Part shown: piece by piece, positions 35,951 to 45,958 of the stretch | Layout: every line of letters begins with the position of its first letter | Position numbering within the stretch: the first letter of the stretch is position 1 | Assembly (NCBI GenBank): GCA_902806345.1 | Contig: CADCWF010000276.1 | Coordinates: forward strand, 596-64,595 | Source of the DNA: an uncultured Thermomicrobiales bacterium | Lineage (GTDB): Bacteria; Chloroflexota; Chloroflexia; Thermomicrobiales; UBA6265 | Direction of reading: 5' to 3' | DNA length: 64,000 nt | Notes under the pieces: model-generated | Told to the model about the DNA's origin: nothing | The model's input: the letters and a program-made list of their open reading frames with translations, nothing else | Databases searched by the model: none | Translations under genes and position numbers: made by a program

Positions 35951-38900
35951 ATGGACAGCGTGGTCCTTTCGCGGCGCGGCCTGCTGCGGCGAGCGGCCGG
36001 CGCCTCCGCCCTTGGCACCCTGGCGGTGCTCGGGGCCGACCTCCGGCCGACGGCCGCCCGCGCCCAGGCGCTGCGGATCCGCGGTAGCAAGACGTACCCC
36101 AGCGTCTGTCCCTACTGCGCGGTCGGCTGCGACACCGTCGTCCACACCGTCGACGGCCGGATCGTCAACGTCGAGGGCGATGTCCGCTCCCCGATCAACC
36201 GCGGCACCCTCTGCCCCAAGGGCGCCGCCATCTACCAGCTCCACGTCAACCCGAACCGCGTCACCGACGTCCTCTACCGGCGGCCGGGCGGCACGAGCTG
36301 GGAGACGCTCGACCTCGAGACGGCGATGGACATGGTCGCCGAGCGGGTCAAGAAGGCGCGCGACGAGACCTTCGTCGAGCGGACCGAGGACGGCAAGACG
36401 CTGATGCAATCGCTCGGCATCTACAGCCTCGGCGGCGCCACGATGGACAACGAATGGAACCACCTCCAGCAGAAGCTGATGCGCGGCCTGGGGGTGGTCG
36501 CGATCGAGAACCAGGCCCGGATATGACACTCCAGCAGCGTCCCCGGTCTGGGGGTGCGGCTGGGTCGCGGCGCGGCCACCACGTATCCAGGTAGCCTGAC
36601 CCACTCGAACGCGATCCTGATCGAGGGGTCGAACATGGCGGAGTGCCACCCGGTGGCGTTCCGCTACGTGATGCAGGCCAAGCTGGCCGGGGCCAAGATC
36701 GTCCACGCCGACCCCCGCTTCACGCGGACGACGGCGATGGCCGACATCCACGCCCCCTTGCGGGCGGGCAGCGACATCGCCTTCCTCGGCGGCATCATCA
36801 ACCACGTCCTCAACTCCAAGCGGTGGAACGAGGAGCCTTTCTTCAAGGAATACGTCACCGCCTACACCAACGCGGCGACCCTGATCAACCCGGAGTTCCA
36901 GGACACCGAGGAGCTCGACGGGGTCTTCTCCGGCCTCGGCCCCTACAAGGAAGGCGCCTGGGGGCTGAACGGCCACGTCGGCCAGTACGACAACAAGACC
37001 TGGCAGTACCAGGGCACCGAGATCGCCGACCAGGGCCGCTCCGCCGCCACCGCCCAGTCCGGCGAGCAGGGCGTCCAGTCCGGCCAGGAGAGTGAGGCCG
37101 CCGAGGCGCCGCCGGCCGGCGGTCCGCCCTACGACGAACTGGTCCGCGGCCTCCTCAAGCCGCCCTCCCAAACCGACCCGACGTTGGAGGACCCGAACTC
37201 CGTCTTCCAGCTCGTCAAGAAGCACTTCGAGCGGTACACCCCGGAGATGGTCGAGCAGATCACCGGCTGCCCGGCCGACCGGATGCGCCAGGTGGCGGAG
37301 ACGCTGCTGGAGAACTCCGGGCCGGACAAGACGAGCGCGATCTGCTACGCCGTCGGCTGGACCCAGCACACCTACGGGCCGCAGATGATCGGCACCGCGG
37401 CGATGCTGCAGCTGCTGCTCGGCAACATGGGCCGCCCCGGCGGCGGCATCGTCGCCCTCCGCGGCCACGCCACCATCCAGGGCTCGACCGACATCCCCAC
37501 CCTCTACCACTCGATCCACGGCTACATGCCGGCACCGACGGTGCTCAAGAAGCACGAGACGGTCTCCGAGTACCTCCAGGCGGAGACCCTGCCAAAGAGT
37601 TACTGGGCCAACATGCCCAAGTTCTTCGTCTCCTACCTCAAGAGCATGTACGGCGACGCGGCGACGGCCGAGAACGACTGGGGCTACGGTTGGCACCCCC
37701 GCATCTCCGGCGACCACTCCCACATGCCGATGGCGATCGCGAAGGCTAAGGACCGCGTCCGCGGGATGTTCGCGATGGGCCAGAACCCGGCCGTCGGCGG
37801 CCAGAACGCGATCTACCAGCGGAAGGCTCTGGCCAAGCTGGACTGGCTGGTGGTCAAGGACAACTTCGAGACCGAGACGGCCGCCTTCTGGTACAAGTCG
37901 CCGGAAGCGGTCAGCGGCGAGTTGCCGCCCGAGGACATCCCGACCGAGGTCTTCTTCTTCCCGTCGGCCCAGGTCGCCGAGATGGACGGCACCTACACCA
38001 ACACCCAGCGGCTGGTGAAGTACCACTTCAAGGCCGCCGACCCGCCCGGCGACGCCCGCTCGGACCTCTGGTTCACCTACCACCTCGGCCTGCGCCTGAA
38101 GGAACTCTACAAGGATTCCACCGACCCCCGCGATGCGGGCATCCAGAACCTCGTCTGGGACTACGAGCCCGATGAGGAGGAAGTCGCGCCGTGGGCGATC
38201 AAGGACGAGCCGAGCGCCCCCAAGATCATGCGGGAGATCAACGGCTACATGTCCGGCAACCAGGAGGAGCACCTGCCGGGCTTTGCCGCCCTCAAGGACG
38301 ACGGCTCGACGACGTGTGCCTCCTGGATCTACTCCGGCATCTTCCCCAAGCCGGGGATCGAGAACCTCCGCGCCGCCCACCGCGACAACACCCCGACGAC
38401 CGCCGAATACGACGGCCAGTCCTTGCAGGGGACCGAGCTCGACTGGGGCTTCGCCTGGCCGGCCAACCGGCGGATGCTCTACAACCGGGCCTCCGCCAGG
38501 CCTGATGGCACCCCCTGGAGCGTCGAGAAGGCGTGGGTCTGGTGGGACCCGGACAAGGTCAACGAGGCGACCGGCGACGCCGGCATGTGGACCGGCCTCG
38601 ACGTGCCGGACTTCGTCCTCGGCAAGGCACCGGACGCCCAGCCGAAGGAGGGTGGCATCGGCCTCGACGCCCACTCCGGGAGCGACCCCTTCATCATGAA
38701 GGCGGACGGCAAGGGGTGGCTCTTCACCCCGACCGGGCTCGTCGACGGGCCGCTGCCGACCCACTACGAGCCGATCGAGTCGCCGGTGCCGAACCTGCTC
38801 TACCCGAACAACCCGACCAGCCCGGTGCTGAAACGGTGGGACGTCGAGGGCAACGTCGCGGCCGCCGCCGAAGACCCGGCCTTCCCCTACGTGCTGACCA

Positions 38901-39271
38901 CCTACCGCCTGACGGAACACCACCTCTCCGGGGTGATGAGCCGCTGGCTGCCGTGGCTGGCCGAGCTGCAGCCGGAGCTGTTCGTCGAGATCAGCCCCGA
39001 GCTGGCGGCCGAGAAGGGGGTCGCCAACACGGAGTTCGTCCGGGTCATCACCCCCCGCGGCGAGATCCAGGCCAAGGCTCTGGTCACCTCCCGCATCCAG
39101 CCGATGGCGATCGCCGGCAAGACGATCCACCACGTCGGGCTGCCCTGGCACTGGGGATATCAGGGCGTCGTCACCGGCCCGGTGACGAACGACCTCTCCC
39201 TCATGGTCGGCGACCCGAACGTGTCGATCCACGAGGGCAAGGCCTTCGTCTGCAACCTGGAGAAGGCGTGA
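35951..39271 (+). CDS. fdnG: Formate dehydrogenase alpha subunit, molybdopterin/selenocysteine-containing, Tat-exported (FdnG/FdoG-like)
   Basis: Track ORFs 35951..36526 and 36554..39271 are in the same frame, joined by TGA at 36524-36526. The context IENQARI-U-HSSSVPGLGVRLGRGAATT matches the FdnG Sec site. Tat signal SRRGLLRRAAGASALG. 4Fe-4S motif CPYCAVGCD. Confidence 0.9.
36524..36563 (+). other. Bacterial SECIS element following the Sec UGA
   Basis: A long imperfect stem runs from +8 to +40. The apical stem is CCCC/GGGG with loop GGUCU, placing G23 and U24 as in the E. coli fdhF SECIS, with U17 at the bulge position. Confidence 0.8.
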
Positions 39272-40239
39272 TGGCGCAGCAGACCGACATCTTTCCGCCG
39301 CCCGGGGAAGCGATGGAGCCGCCGGGCGCCTTCGAGGCCCAGCCGATGGGCTTCTACACCGACACCACCGTCTGCATCGGCTGCAAGGCGTGCGAGGTCG
39401 CCTGCAAGAACTGGAACGGCCTGTCGGCCCGCGACGGCGGGGCTCAGCCGATGTCGGGCGACTCCTACGACAACACGCGGACGCTCGACGGCGAGCACTG
39501 GCGCCACGTCAAATTCATCGAGCAGTTCTCGGAGGACCGCAGCCAGGGCCGCTGGCTGATGATGAGCGATGTCTGCAAGCACTGCGTCCAGGCAGGCTGC
39601 CTGGAGGTCTGCCCGACCAACGCCATCATCCGCACCGAGTTCGACACCGTCGTCATCCAGGCCGACGTCTGCAACGGCTGCCGCGACTGCATCGCCGCCT
39701 GCCCCTTCGGGGTAATCGAGGTCAACCCGGTCAACAACACGGCGATGAAGTGCACCCTCTGCTACGACCGGATGCAGAACGGGCTGGTGCCCGCTTGCGC
39801 CCAGGCCTGCCCGACCGCCTCGATCCAGTTCGGCCCGATCGCCGAGCTGCGGGAACTGGGTGCCGCCCGGGTCGAGCAGCTCAACACCCAGTCGCGCGAC
39901 GCCGGCCGGCCGGAGGACGCCTACCTCTACGGCGCCGACGACTCGATCGTCGGCGGCCTCAACTCGTTCTACCTGCTCATCGACGAGCCCGAGGTCTACG
40001 GCCTGCCGCGGGCGCCGAAGCTGCCCTCCAGCCAACTGCCGGCAACGACGGCGCTGACCGCCGCCGGCGCCGCCGGCCTCGGCCTACTCGGTCTGCTCGG
40101 CTTCCGCAAGCGGCGGATGGACGACTTCGCCGCCGAGGCCCGGGCCGAGGCGGCCGAATCCGTCCGGCTGGCGCCGGGCGAGACGGTCGTCGTCGAGCCC
40201 GAACGCGGGGCGAAGGGAGGGGTCGGCGGTGAGTATTGA
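39271..40239 (+). CDS. fdnH: Formate dehydrogenase iron-sulfur subunit (FdnH-like, 4x[4Fe-4S]) with C-terminal TM anchor
   Basis: The ATG overlaps the alpha stop (TGATG). Ferredoxin motifs CIGCKACEVAC, CKHCVQAGC, CNGCRDCIAAC, CTLCYDR. TM segment TALTAAGAAGLGLLGLLGF. Confidence 0.9.
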   Translation: MAQQTDIFPPPGEAMEPPGAFEAQPMGFYTDTTVCIGCKACEVACKNWNGLSARDGGAQPMSGDSYDNTRTLDGEHWRHVKFIEQFSEDRSQGRWLMMSDVCKHCVQAGCLEVCPTNAIIRTEFDTVVIQADVCNGCRDCIAACPFGVIEVNPVNNTAMKCTLCYDRMQNGLVPACAQACPTASIQFGPIAELRELGAARVEQLNTQSRDAGRPEDAYLYGADDSIVGGLNSFYLLIDEPEVYGLPRAPKLPSSQLPATTALTAAGAAGLGLLGLLGFRKRRMDDFAAEARAEAAESVRLAPGETVVVEPERGAKGGVGGEY

Positions 40240-41170
40240 TCCGGCGTCGGCCGTCTCGCGGGTCCTGGCGCAGACGACGCTCCCGTCCGACACCTTCGTG
40301 ACGCTGTCGCCCCACTGGGGCTGGTTGATCGCCCTCTACTTCTTCCTCGGCGGTATCTCCGGCGGGGCGGCGTTCCTGGCCGCCATGCTCCACCTCTTCG
40401 GCCGGGCCGAGGACCGGCCGATGGTCCGCCTCGGCTACCTCGTCGCCTTCGTCGCCCTCCTCCCCTGCGCCCCGCTCCTGATCGTCGACCTGAACCGGCC
40501 GGAGCGCTTCTGGCACATGATCTGGCAGAGCGATTCCGGCGGGCCGATGTTCAAGTGGTGGTCGCCGATGTCGCTCGGGGTCTGGATCATCACCCTCTTC
40601 GCCGGCATCCTCCTGCTGGCGCTCATCGGTTCCTGGGCCGGCCGCGTCGGACTGCCGAAGAGGCTCTCGTCCCTCGCCGACGGCACCCTCGGCAAGGTCG
40701 TCGCCGCCGCCACCGGCCTCCTTGGGCTTTTCCTGGCCGGCTACACCGGGACCTTGTTGACAGCGACCAACCGGCCGCTCTGGGCCGACACCCCCCTGCT
40801 CGGGCTGCTCTTCCTGTTGTCTGGCATTTCGGCGGCGGCGGCGGCGCTGTTGCTGCTCGGCTGGCGGCGGACCCATCCCGCCTCGCTCTCCTGGCTCGGC
40901 CAAATCGATTCCTACGCGATGGGGCTCGAGCTCGCGGTGCTGGTCGTCATGGTCGTCACGCTCGGCGCCGTCGCGACCGCCGTGCTCGGCAATGGCTGGG
41001 GCGTCGCCCTCCTGGTCGGCACCGTCCTCCTCGGCACCCTGGTGCCGCTGGCCGCCCATGTCCGGCCACGCCTCCTGGGCCCAGCCACGATCCCGGTCGC
41101 GGCCGTCCTCGGGTTAGCCGGCAGCTTCGTCCTCCGCTCGGTGATCGTCCTCGCCTCCGAGGCGGTCTAG
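40229..41170 (+). CDS. NrfD/PsrC-family membrane subunit (quinone-interacting anchor of the FDH complex)
   Basis: Track ORF of 313 aa. HWGWLIALYFFLGGISGGAAFLA is the NrfD signature. The GTG overlaps the beta-subunit 3-prime end. Confidence 0.8.
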   Translation: MSIDPASAVSRVLAQTTLPSDTFVTLSPHWGWLIALYFFLGGISGGAAFLAAMLHLFGRAEDRPMVRLGYLVAFVALLPCAPLLIVDLNRPERFWHMIWQSDSGGPMFKWWSPMSLGVWIITLFAGILLLALIGSWAGRVGLPKRLSSLADGTLGKVVAAATGLLGLFLAGYTGTLLTATNRPLWADTPLLGLLFLLSGISAAAAALLLLGWRRTHPASLSWLGQIDSYAMGLELAVLVVMVVTLGAVATAVLGNGWGVALLVGTVLLGTLVPLAAHVRPRLLGPATIPVAAVLGLAGSFVLRSVIVLASEAV

Positions 41171-41233
41171 TGGACCGCGACGGAACGGCCGACAGATCGC
41201 GACCGAACGGCCGTCAGCCCTCCCCGCTTGAGA

Positions 41234-41278
41234 TCCCTCATCCCCCTACGCCCGTTCCCGATGCGGGGGAGAGGGGGA
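41234..41278 (-). repeat. Degenerate GGGAGAGGGGG-family REP copy
   Basis: ccctcatccccc tail plus ...gggggagagggggag. The left stem arm is eroded. Confidence 0.45.
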
Positions 41279-41313
41279 GCAAGGGCCGCATCGTCCGGAG
41301 CGGGGCTGCGTCG

Positions 41314-41715
41314 GTGGCATTGCTGGCCCTGGCAGCCTGTGGGCCCGAGGGCGAGCGGAGCCGCGGCGGTGGCGCGGGCGCCGACATCGGCAACCGGGGC
41401 AGCCCGGTCGTCCTCCTCGAGGAGACCTACGACGGACGCGTCTTCTACGAGACCCCGAACGACCTGCCGGCGGTCTCCGGTCCGGCGGGGGCGATCCCGA
41501 CGCTCGAACCGGCCACCCCGCTGCCGCCGTCGCTCGCAACGCCGGTCGGGGCAACGCCGGGGCCAGCTCCCTTCGGTTCGCCGACCGCCGTCCCGGACGC
41601 GGCCACCCCGGTCGGGGCGACGCCGGTGGTGCCGCCGGCGACCACCGGGGGCACGACGGACGCGACGCCGGTCGCGGCGCCGTTCGCCGCCCCGTTCGCG
41701 TCGCCGGTGACGTAG
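41314..41715 (+). CDS. Putative Pro/Thr/Ala-rich lipoprotein (start uncertain)
   Basis: High-GC3 frame (part of track ORF 40555..41715) with lipobox VALLALAAC-G. The only canonical in-frame start nearby is GTG 41314. An ATC at 41290 would give a better signal (MVRSGAASVALLALAAC). Confidence 0.4.
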   Translation: MALLALAACGPEGERSRGGGAGADIGNRGSPVVLLEETYDGRVFYETPNDLPAVSGPAGAIPTLEPATPLPPSLATPVGATPGPAPFGSPTAVPDAATPVGATPVVPPATTGGTTDATPVAAPFAAPFASPVT

Positions 41716-41906
41716 CGGTCGGAACTTCGCCTTTCTCGTGGATCCCCCGCTCCTACTCCTGCCGCAGTGGTGAGGAACCAGTGGAGCGGGTCGGGGGTAG
41801 GGGTTCCACGACGACCAGCAGGATTCTGTCCGCGCAACAATGAAGCGGCACCGAGGTGGCCTCACACCAAAACGAGGGATCGGTGTGCCTCTCCCATGTC
41901 CTAGCT

Positions 41907-41935
41907 GGCCCTGTCATTCCGAGTGAAGCGAAGGA
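41907..41935. repeat. Short REP-like unit gtcattccgag...gaaggaatc
   Basis: Related to 5195-5235 and 20596-20632 (shared core ..t.cgagcccgc.g...ga....tcgctcc in the latter two). Confidence 0.4.
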
Positions 41936-42064
41936 ATCCCGCCGAAGCGGCGTCGTATCTTCGGAATGTTCCCGAGTCGGATCGCTAGCGGGCGCAGAAT
42001 GTTGGGGACTCCGGCCGGCGTAGACTCCCCTCAATCCCCTAGGCTCGCATCACTCGGAGCAGCG

Positions 42065-42925
42065 ATGACCAGCGCGACGACTCAACGGCGATTGGACAAA
42101 CTCCTGACAGAGAGGCCGGAAACCGCGCCCCTGGCGACGCTCCTGGAGGCGGCGATCCGCGAAGGCAGCGAGTCGGCTTGGACCGAGGCCGCTCGCACCG
42201 CCCGCTTCCCGGTCACCCGCGACCCGGCCAACCCGATCCTGACCGGGGCGACGGTCACCGTTCCTGCTGAGGTCGCCGACCGCTGGGTGCGGCGGGTCCT
42301 GGCGATGGGCGCCAAGGGCGGCCCCGCTGCCGCCTCCCTCGGGCCCGCGGCGCGCTCCGGGGCGCTCGACGCCCTAGCCCTGCTGGCCGCTGCGGTCGAC
42401 GGCGACCAGGCGCGGCTGGTGGCCCAAGCCGAGGCGCTGGAAGCGGACCCGGCGGTGCTCGCCGTCGTCGCGGCCTACGCTGCCTGGCCGCTCCTGCGGG
42501 CGCTCCGCCGGCAGTGGGGCGCGACGGTGGCGCCGAATTGGGCAGAAGGGTTCTGCCCCGTCTGCGGCGACTGGCCCGCGCTCGCCGAACACCGTGGGCT
42601 GGAGCGCGCCCGGCGGCTGCGCTGCGCCCGTTGCGGCGGCGACTGGTCGTCCCCCGCCTTCACCTGCGCCTTCTGCGGCGAGACGGACCACGCCAAACTC
42701 GTCGGTCTCGTTCCCGAAGGGGGCGGTGAGGCGAGCCGAGCCGACGGCTGCGAGTCCTGCCGCGGTTACCTGAAGGCGCTGGCGACCCTGAAGGCGTGGG
42801 ATGCGGAAGAGGTCGCCCTGGCCGACGCCGGCAGCCTCGAACTCGACTGGGCCGCGACCGAGGCGGAATTCGAGCGGCCACCCGGCCCAGCCGTACCCCT
42901 CGGCCTGCGTCTGGTGCCGGCATGA
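42065..42925 (+). CDS. fdhE: Formate dehydrogenase accessory protein FdhE
   Basis: ATG at 42065 follows GGAG. Four CxxC pairs (CPVCGD, CARCGG, CAFCGE, CESCRGY) are arranged as in FdhE. Confidence 0.8.
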   Translation: MTSATTQRRLDKLLTERPETAPLATLLEAAIREGSESAWTEAARTARFPVTRDPANPILTGATVTVPAEVADRWVRRVLAMGAKGGPAAASLGPAARSGALDALALLAAAVDGDQARLVAQAEALEADPAVLAVVAAYAAWPLLRALRRQWGATVAPNWAEGFCPVCGDWPALAEHRGLERARRLRCARCGGDWSSPAFTCAFCGETDHAKLVGLVPEGGGEASRADGCESCRGYLKALATLKAWDAEEVALADAGSLELDWAATEAEFERPPGPAVPLGLRLVPA

Positions 42926-43407
42926 GCGCGCGGCAGCCGGGCAACGCGGACCACCCTTACCCCCAGCCCCGCTCCGGCGTATCGGGAGCGGGAAGTTCCC
43001 CAGGACTCCGTTCCGACCGGGACGGCGGCTCGGCCACATCGGCCGACTCTACCGCGCGACCGAGCATCGTCTGCGCCCGCCTCCTGGCGGCGCTGGAGGG
43101 GAGCGAGGGGCGGCGCAAGCGGCGCAAGCGCGACACCACGCCGGACACCGTCGGCCTCGGCATCAAGCGCGACCTGCTGGCGGGGGCGGAGGCTGAGGAC
43201 CCGGAGCCCGCCGACTTCGAGGGGTGGCTGCTGGAACGGTGCCTGGAGGCCGGCCCACTGGCTGGGGCGACCCGGGCGATGGCGCTGGAGGTGCTCGACG
43301 AGTGGCGGATCGCCCTCGCCGCCCCCTCCTTCCGCGCCTGGCTGGAGGAGGGCGCCCCCAGCGACGACCGGCGGCCGGGACCGGACGGCGGGCTGGACCG
43401 GCGCTGA
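42922..43407 (+). CDS. Hypothetical protein (start uncertain)
   Basis: ATGA overlap with the fdhE stop. High GC3 in the C-terminal two thirds (ADFEGWLLERCLEAGPLAGATRAMALEVLDEWRIALAAPSFRAWLEEG). The N-terminal part overlaps a small hairpin repeat. Confidence 0.4.
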   Translation: MSARQPGNADHPYPQPRSGVSGAGSSPGLRSDRDGGSATSADSTARPSIVCARLLAALEGSEGRRKRRKRDTTPDTVGLGIKRDLLAGAEAEDPEPADFEGWLLERCLEAGPLAGATRAMALEVLDEWRIALAAPSFRAWLEEGAPSDDRRPGPDGGLDRR

Positions 43408-43418
43408 CGCCCTCCGTC

Positions 43419-43730
43419 CTAGGCGACCCGCCGGGTCGCGATCTCCCGGGCCTCGTCCGCCGTGAGCGCGACGCGGGCCCCCTCGAGGTTGTAGTGGGTC
43501 TGGAGGTTCGGCCAGAACTCTGGGCTGGTCCGGAAGTCGAGCCCAAGGCGGAGGGCGGTGTCGGCGGTGATCCTTCGCCGGTTGTGGACGATCTCGGCGA
43601 TCCGGTTCGGGGAGACCCGCATCGCCTCCGCCAGGCGCACCTGGGAGAGCGCTCGCGGGACCAGGTACTCCTCCTGGAGGATCTCGCCCGAGACGACAGG
43701 GTCGAGCAGGACGTCATCCTCGGCGTTCAT
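43419..43730 (-). CDS. higA: HigA-family antitoxin (XRE HTH)
   Basis: GEILQEEYLVPRALSQVRLAEAMRVSPNRIAEIVHNRRRITADTALRLGLDFRTSPEFWPNLQTHYNL is a typical HigA/VapI sequence. Confidence 0.85.
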   Translation of the reverse strand: MNAEDDVLLDPVVSGEILQEEYLVPRALSQVRLAEAMRVSPNRIAEIVHNRRRITADTALRLGLDFRTSPEFWPNLQTHYNLEGARVALTADEAREIATRRVA

Positions 43731-44022
43731 GTCTCCGTTTCCCTCGGTGGTAATCGACGATCCGCACGGCCTCGGGTCCGTCGCCGTCCCAGCGGACGAT
43801 GACGCGCCACTGGTCGGTGATGCGGATCGACCAGAACCCGCTCAGATCACCCCGCGGCTTTTCGAGTCGGTTTGCCGGTGGTGACCGCAATTCTTCGAGG
43901 CATGTCGACGCATTGAGCACGGCAAGCTTCCGCAACCCGGGCCGAGTGATGCTGGAGAATGCCGGCACGAATCGACGCTCAAACAATGCCCGGGTCTGCT
44001 TGTCCTCGAACGACTCGACCAT
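43714..44022 (-). CDS. higB: HigB-family toxin (RelE/ParE superfamily)
   Basis: MVESFEDKQTRALFE...LSGFWSIRITDQWRVIVRWDGDGPEAVRIVDYH. Toxin-first order. A 17-nt overlap with higA is created by a short C-terminal extension. Confidence 0.85.
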   Translation of the reverse strand: MVESFEDKQTRALFERRFVPAFSSITRPGLRKLAVLNASTCLEELRSPPANRLEKPRGDLSGFWSIRITDQWRVIVRWDGDGPEAVRIVDYHRGKRRHERRG

Positions 44023-44179
44023 GGTGCGGCATACCGGATACCGGAATCCGGTTCAACACGCTTCCGTCGCTCGAGCGACCGCGTCCGTTGTCGATCCTGG
44101 CCAGCCCCGTCCGGTGGTGGAGAGGGTCAAGGTGGTCGCATGCCCACCGGTCCGGAGCGCGACCCCTAAACCAGCCCGC

Positions 44180-44208
44180 TTGACGGCTGCAGAGTTCAAT
44201 GCTAAACA
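44180..44208 (+). promoter_or_regulatory. Putative marR promoter with imperfect palindrome
   Basis: TTGACG-N17-TAAACA ends 7 nt before the GTG at 44215, so the transcript may be leaderless. TTGAcggCTGCAGagtTCAA dyad. Confidence 0.3.
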
Positions 44209-44214
44209 TGGGGC

Positions 44215-44682
44215 GTGGCCGTCACGCCGGGTCCTACCGGACGCGAAGGTGAGGTTCCCCTCGGCCGGGAGGCGCGGGCCGTCCGGTCGTGGGTCCGCTT
44301 GGCCCGCGTCTACGGGCGGCTCGTCCGCACCCTGGAGGCCCAAGTCAAGGAGCACGGGATCACCCTCGGCCAGTTCGATGTCCTCACCCACGTCGTCCGC
44401 CGCGAGGGGCTCAACCAGCAGGAGCTGGCGGGCGAGCTGCTCGTCACCAAGGGCAACATCTCGCACCTCGTCGACCGCCTGGAAGGGGCGGGCCTGGTCG
44501 AGCGGCGGCGGGGTCGAGGCCGCGCCTGCCACCTCTACCCGACCGCCGCCGGCGCGGCCCTGCGGGAGGCGGTCATCCCGCCCCACAACGCGCTGATCGC
44601 CGCGATGTTCGCCTCGCTGCCGGCGGATCGCCTCGCAGCCCTGCACGAAACCCTGCGCGACCTCGATCGCGCCCTGGAGTAG
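44215..44682 (+). CDS. MarR family transcriptional regulator
   Basis: Winged helix ITLGQFDVLTHVVRREGLNQQELAGELLVTKGNISHLVDRLEGAGLVERR. Confidence 0.8.
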   Translation: MAVTPGPTGREGEVPLGREARAVRSWVRLARVYGRLVRTLEAQVKEHGITLGQFDVLTHVVRREGLNQQELAGELLVTKGNISHLVDRLEGAGLVERRRGRGRACHLYPTAAGAALREAVIPPHNALIAAMFASLPADRLAALHETLRDLDRALE

Positions 44683-44854
44683 CGTCCCCGTCGTCGTCCC
44701 CGGTCGGATCGCCGGAGGTTCGCGAGTTCAACGGTAAACTCGCAGCACCGCCAGACCGAGAAGGAGGTTCCCTGGCGCGGCCCGACATAGCCGCCGCCGC
44801 GCCGCGCATTGTCACCGCCGCCCTCGTACCCGTTCCCCAAGGAGGGTCCGTCAC

Positions 44855-45859
44855 GTGTCCTCGATCAGAACCGTATTCGTCCTCGCCGCCCTCGCGCTCG
44901 CCGGGCTCAACCCGCTCGCCGCGTTCGCCCAGGCCACCCCGGAAGCCGCCCCCGCCGTCGTCGTGACCGAGGAGTTCGGCCCCGTTCCGGCCGGCGCCGC
45001 CGGCCCGGCCATCCCCGAGGTCGGCTACCTCGTCGAGGAGATCGACAGCGGCCTCTACTGGGTGACCGAGGGGCTCTACCAGGCCATCTTCCTGACCACC
45101 GGCGAGGGCGTCATCGTCGTCGACGCGCCGCCGACGATCGGGCCGAACCTGGCGGCGGCCATCGCCAGCGTCACCGACGAGCCCGTCACCCACCTCGTCT
45201 ACAGCCACCACCACGCCGACCACATCGGCGCCGCCCCCCAGTTCGAGAACGTCGAGATCGTCGCCCACGAAGACACCGCCGCCCTCCTCGAGCGCAGCGC
45301 CGACCCCAACCGGCCGCTGCCGACCGTCACCTTCGCCGACACCTACGAGCTGACCGTCGGCTCCCAGACGCTCGAGCTGGCCTACCCCGGCAACAACCAC
45401 GAGCCGGGCAACATCTTCATCTACGCGCCGGCCCAGAAGACCCTGATGCTCGTCGATGTCGTCTTCCCCGGCTGGGCGCCGTTCCCCGACCTCGGCGTGG
45501 TCGAGGACGTGCCGGGGTACGTTGCCGCCCACGATGCGGCGCTGGCCTACGACTTCGAGACCTTCGTCGGCGGCCACCTGACCCGCCTCGGCACCCGCGA
45601 GGACGTCGAGATCGCCCAGGAGTACGTCCTGGATGTCAGGGAGAATGCCGGCGAGGCGCTGGCGACGGTCGACTTCATGGCCATCGCCCAGGAGGTCGGC
45701 TTCGAGAACCCTTGGCTGCTCTTCGACGTCTACCTCGACACCGTCGCCCAGACCTGCGCCGACGCCACGATCCCCGTCTGGGCGGACCGCCTCGGCGGCA
45801 CCGACGTCGTCGCCTTCGGCCACTGCTGGGTGATGGCGGAGAGCCTGCGCATCGACTGA
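44855..45859 (+). CDS. Secreted MBL-fold metallo-hydrolase
   Basis: Signal peptide MSSIRTVFVLAALALAGLNPLAAFAQA. Metal motif YSHHHADHIG. Confidence 0.85.
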   Translation: MSSIRTVFVLAALALAGLNPLAAFAQATPEAAPAVVVTEEFGPVPAGAAGPAIPEVGYLVEEIDSGLYWVTEGLYQAIFLTTGEGVIVVDAPPTIGPNLAAAIASVTDEPVTHLVYSHHHADHIGAAPQFENVEIVAHEDTAALLERSADPNRPLPTVTFADTYELTVGSQTLELAYPGNNHEPGNIFIYAPAQKTLMLVDVVFPGWAPFPDLGVVEDVPGYVAAHDAALAYDFETFVGGHLTRLGTREDVEIAQEYVLDVRENAGEALATVDFMAIAQEVGFENPWLLFDVYLDTVAQTCADATIPVWADRLGGTDVVAFGHCWVMAESLRID

Positions 45860-45958
45860 TGCGAGAATCGGGAGGGAGCGCGGCGAACTGCCCCCTCCCC
45901 CTGGCAACTGGGATCGGGGTCCCCGCCTACTCGGGGAGCCCGCCGCGAGGATCGAGCC

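Noticed and set aside
35783-39232. A 1149-aa minus-strand ORF, the longest in the track.
   Set aside because: It is exactly antisense to the formate dehydrogenase alpha gene. It is Arg/Gly/Asp/Val-rich with no domain-like sequence. It is a classic shadow ORF of a high-GC coding region.
43714-43730. The 17-nt overlap of higB and higA as a possible frameshift or fusion.
   Set aside because: Both proteins are full length with typical termini. The overlap is explained by a short C-terminal extension of HigB.
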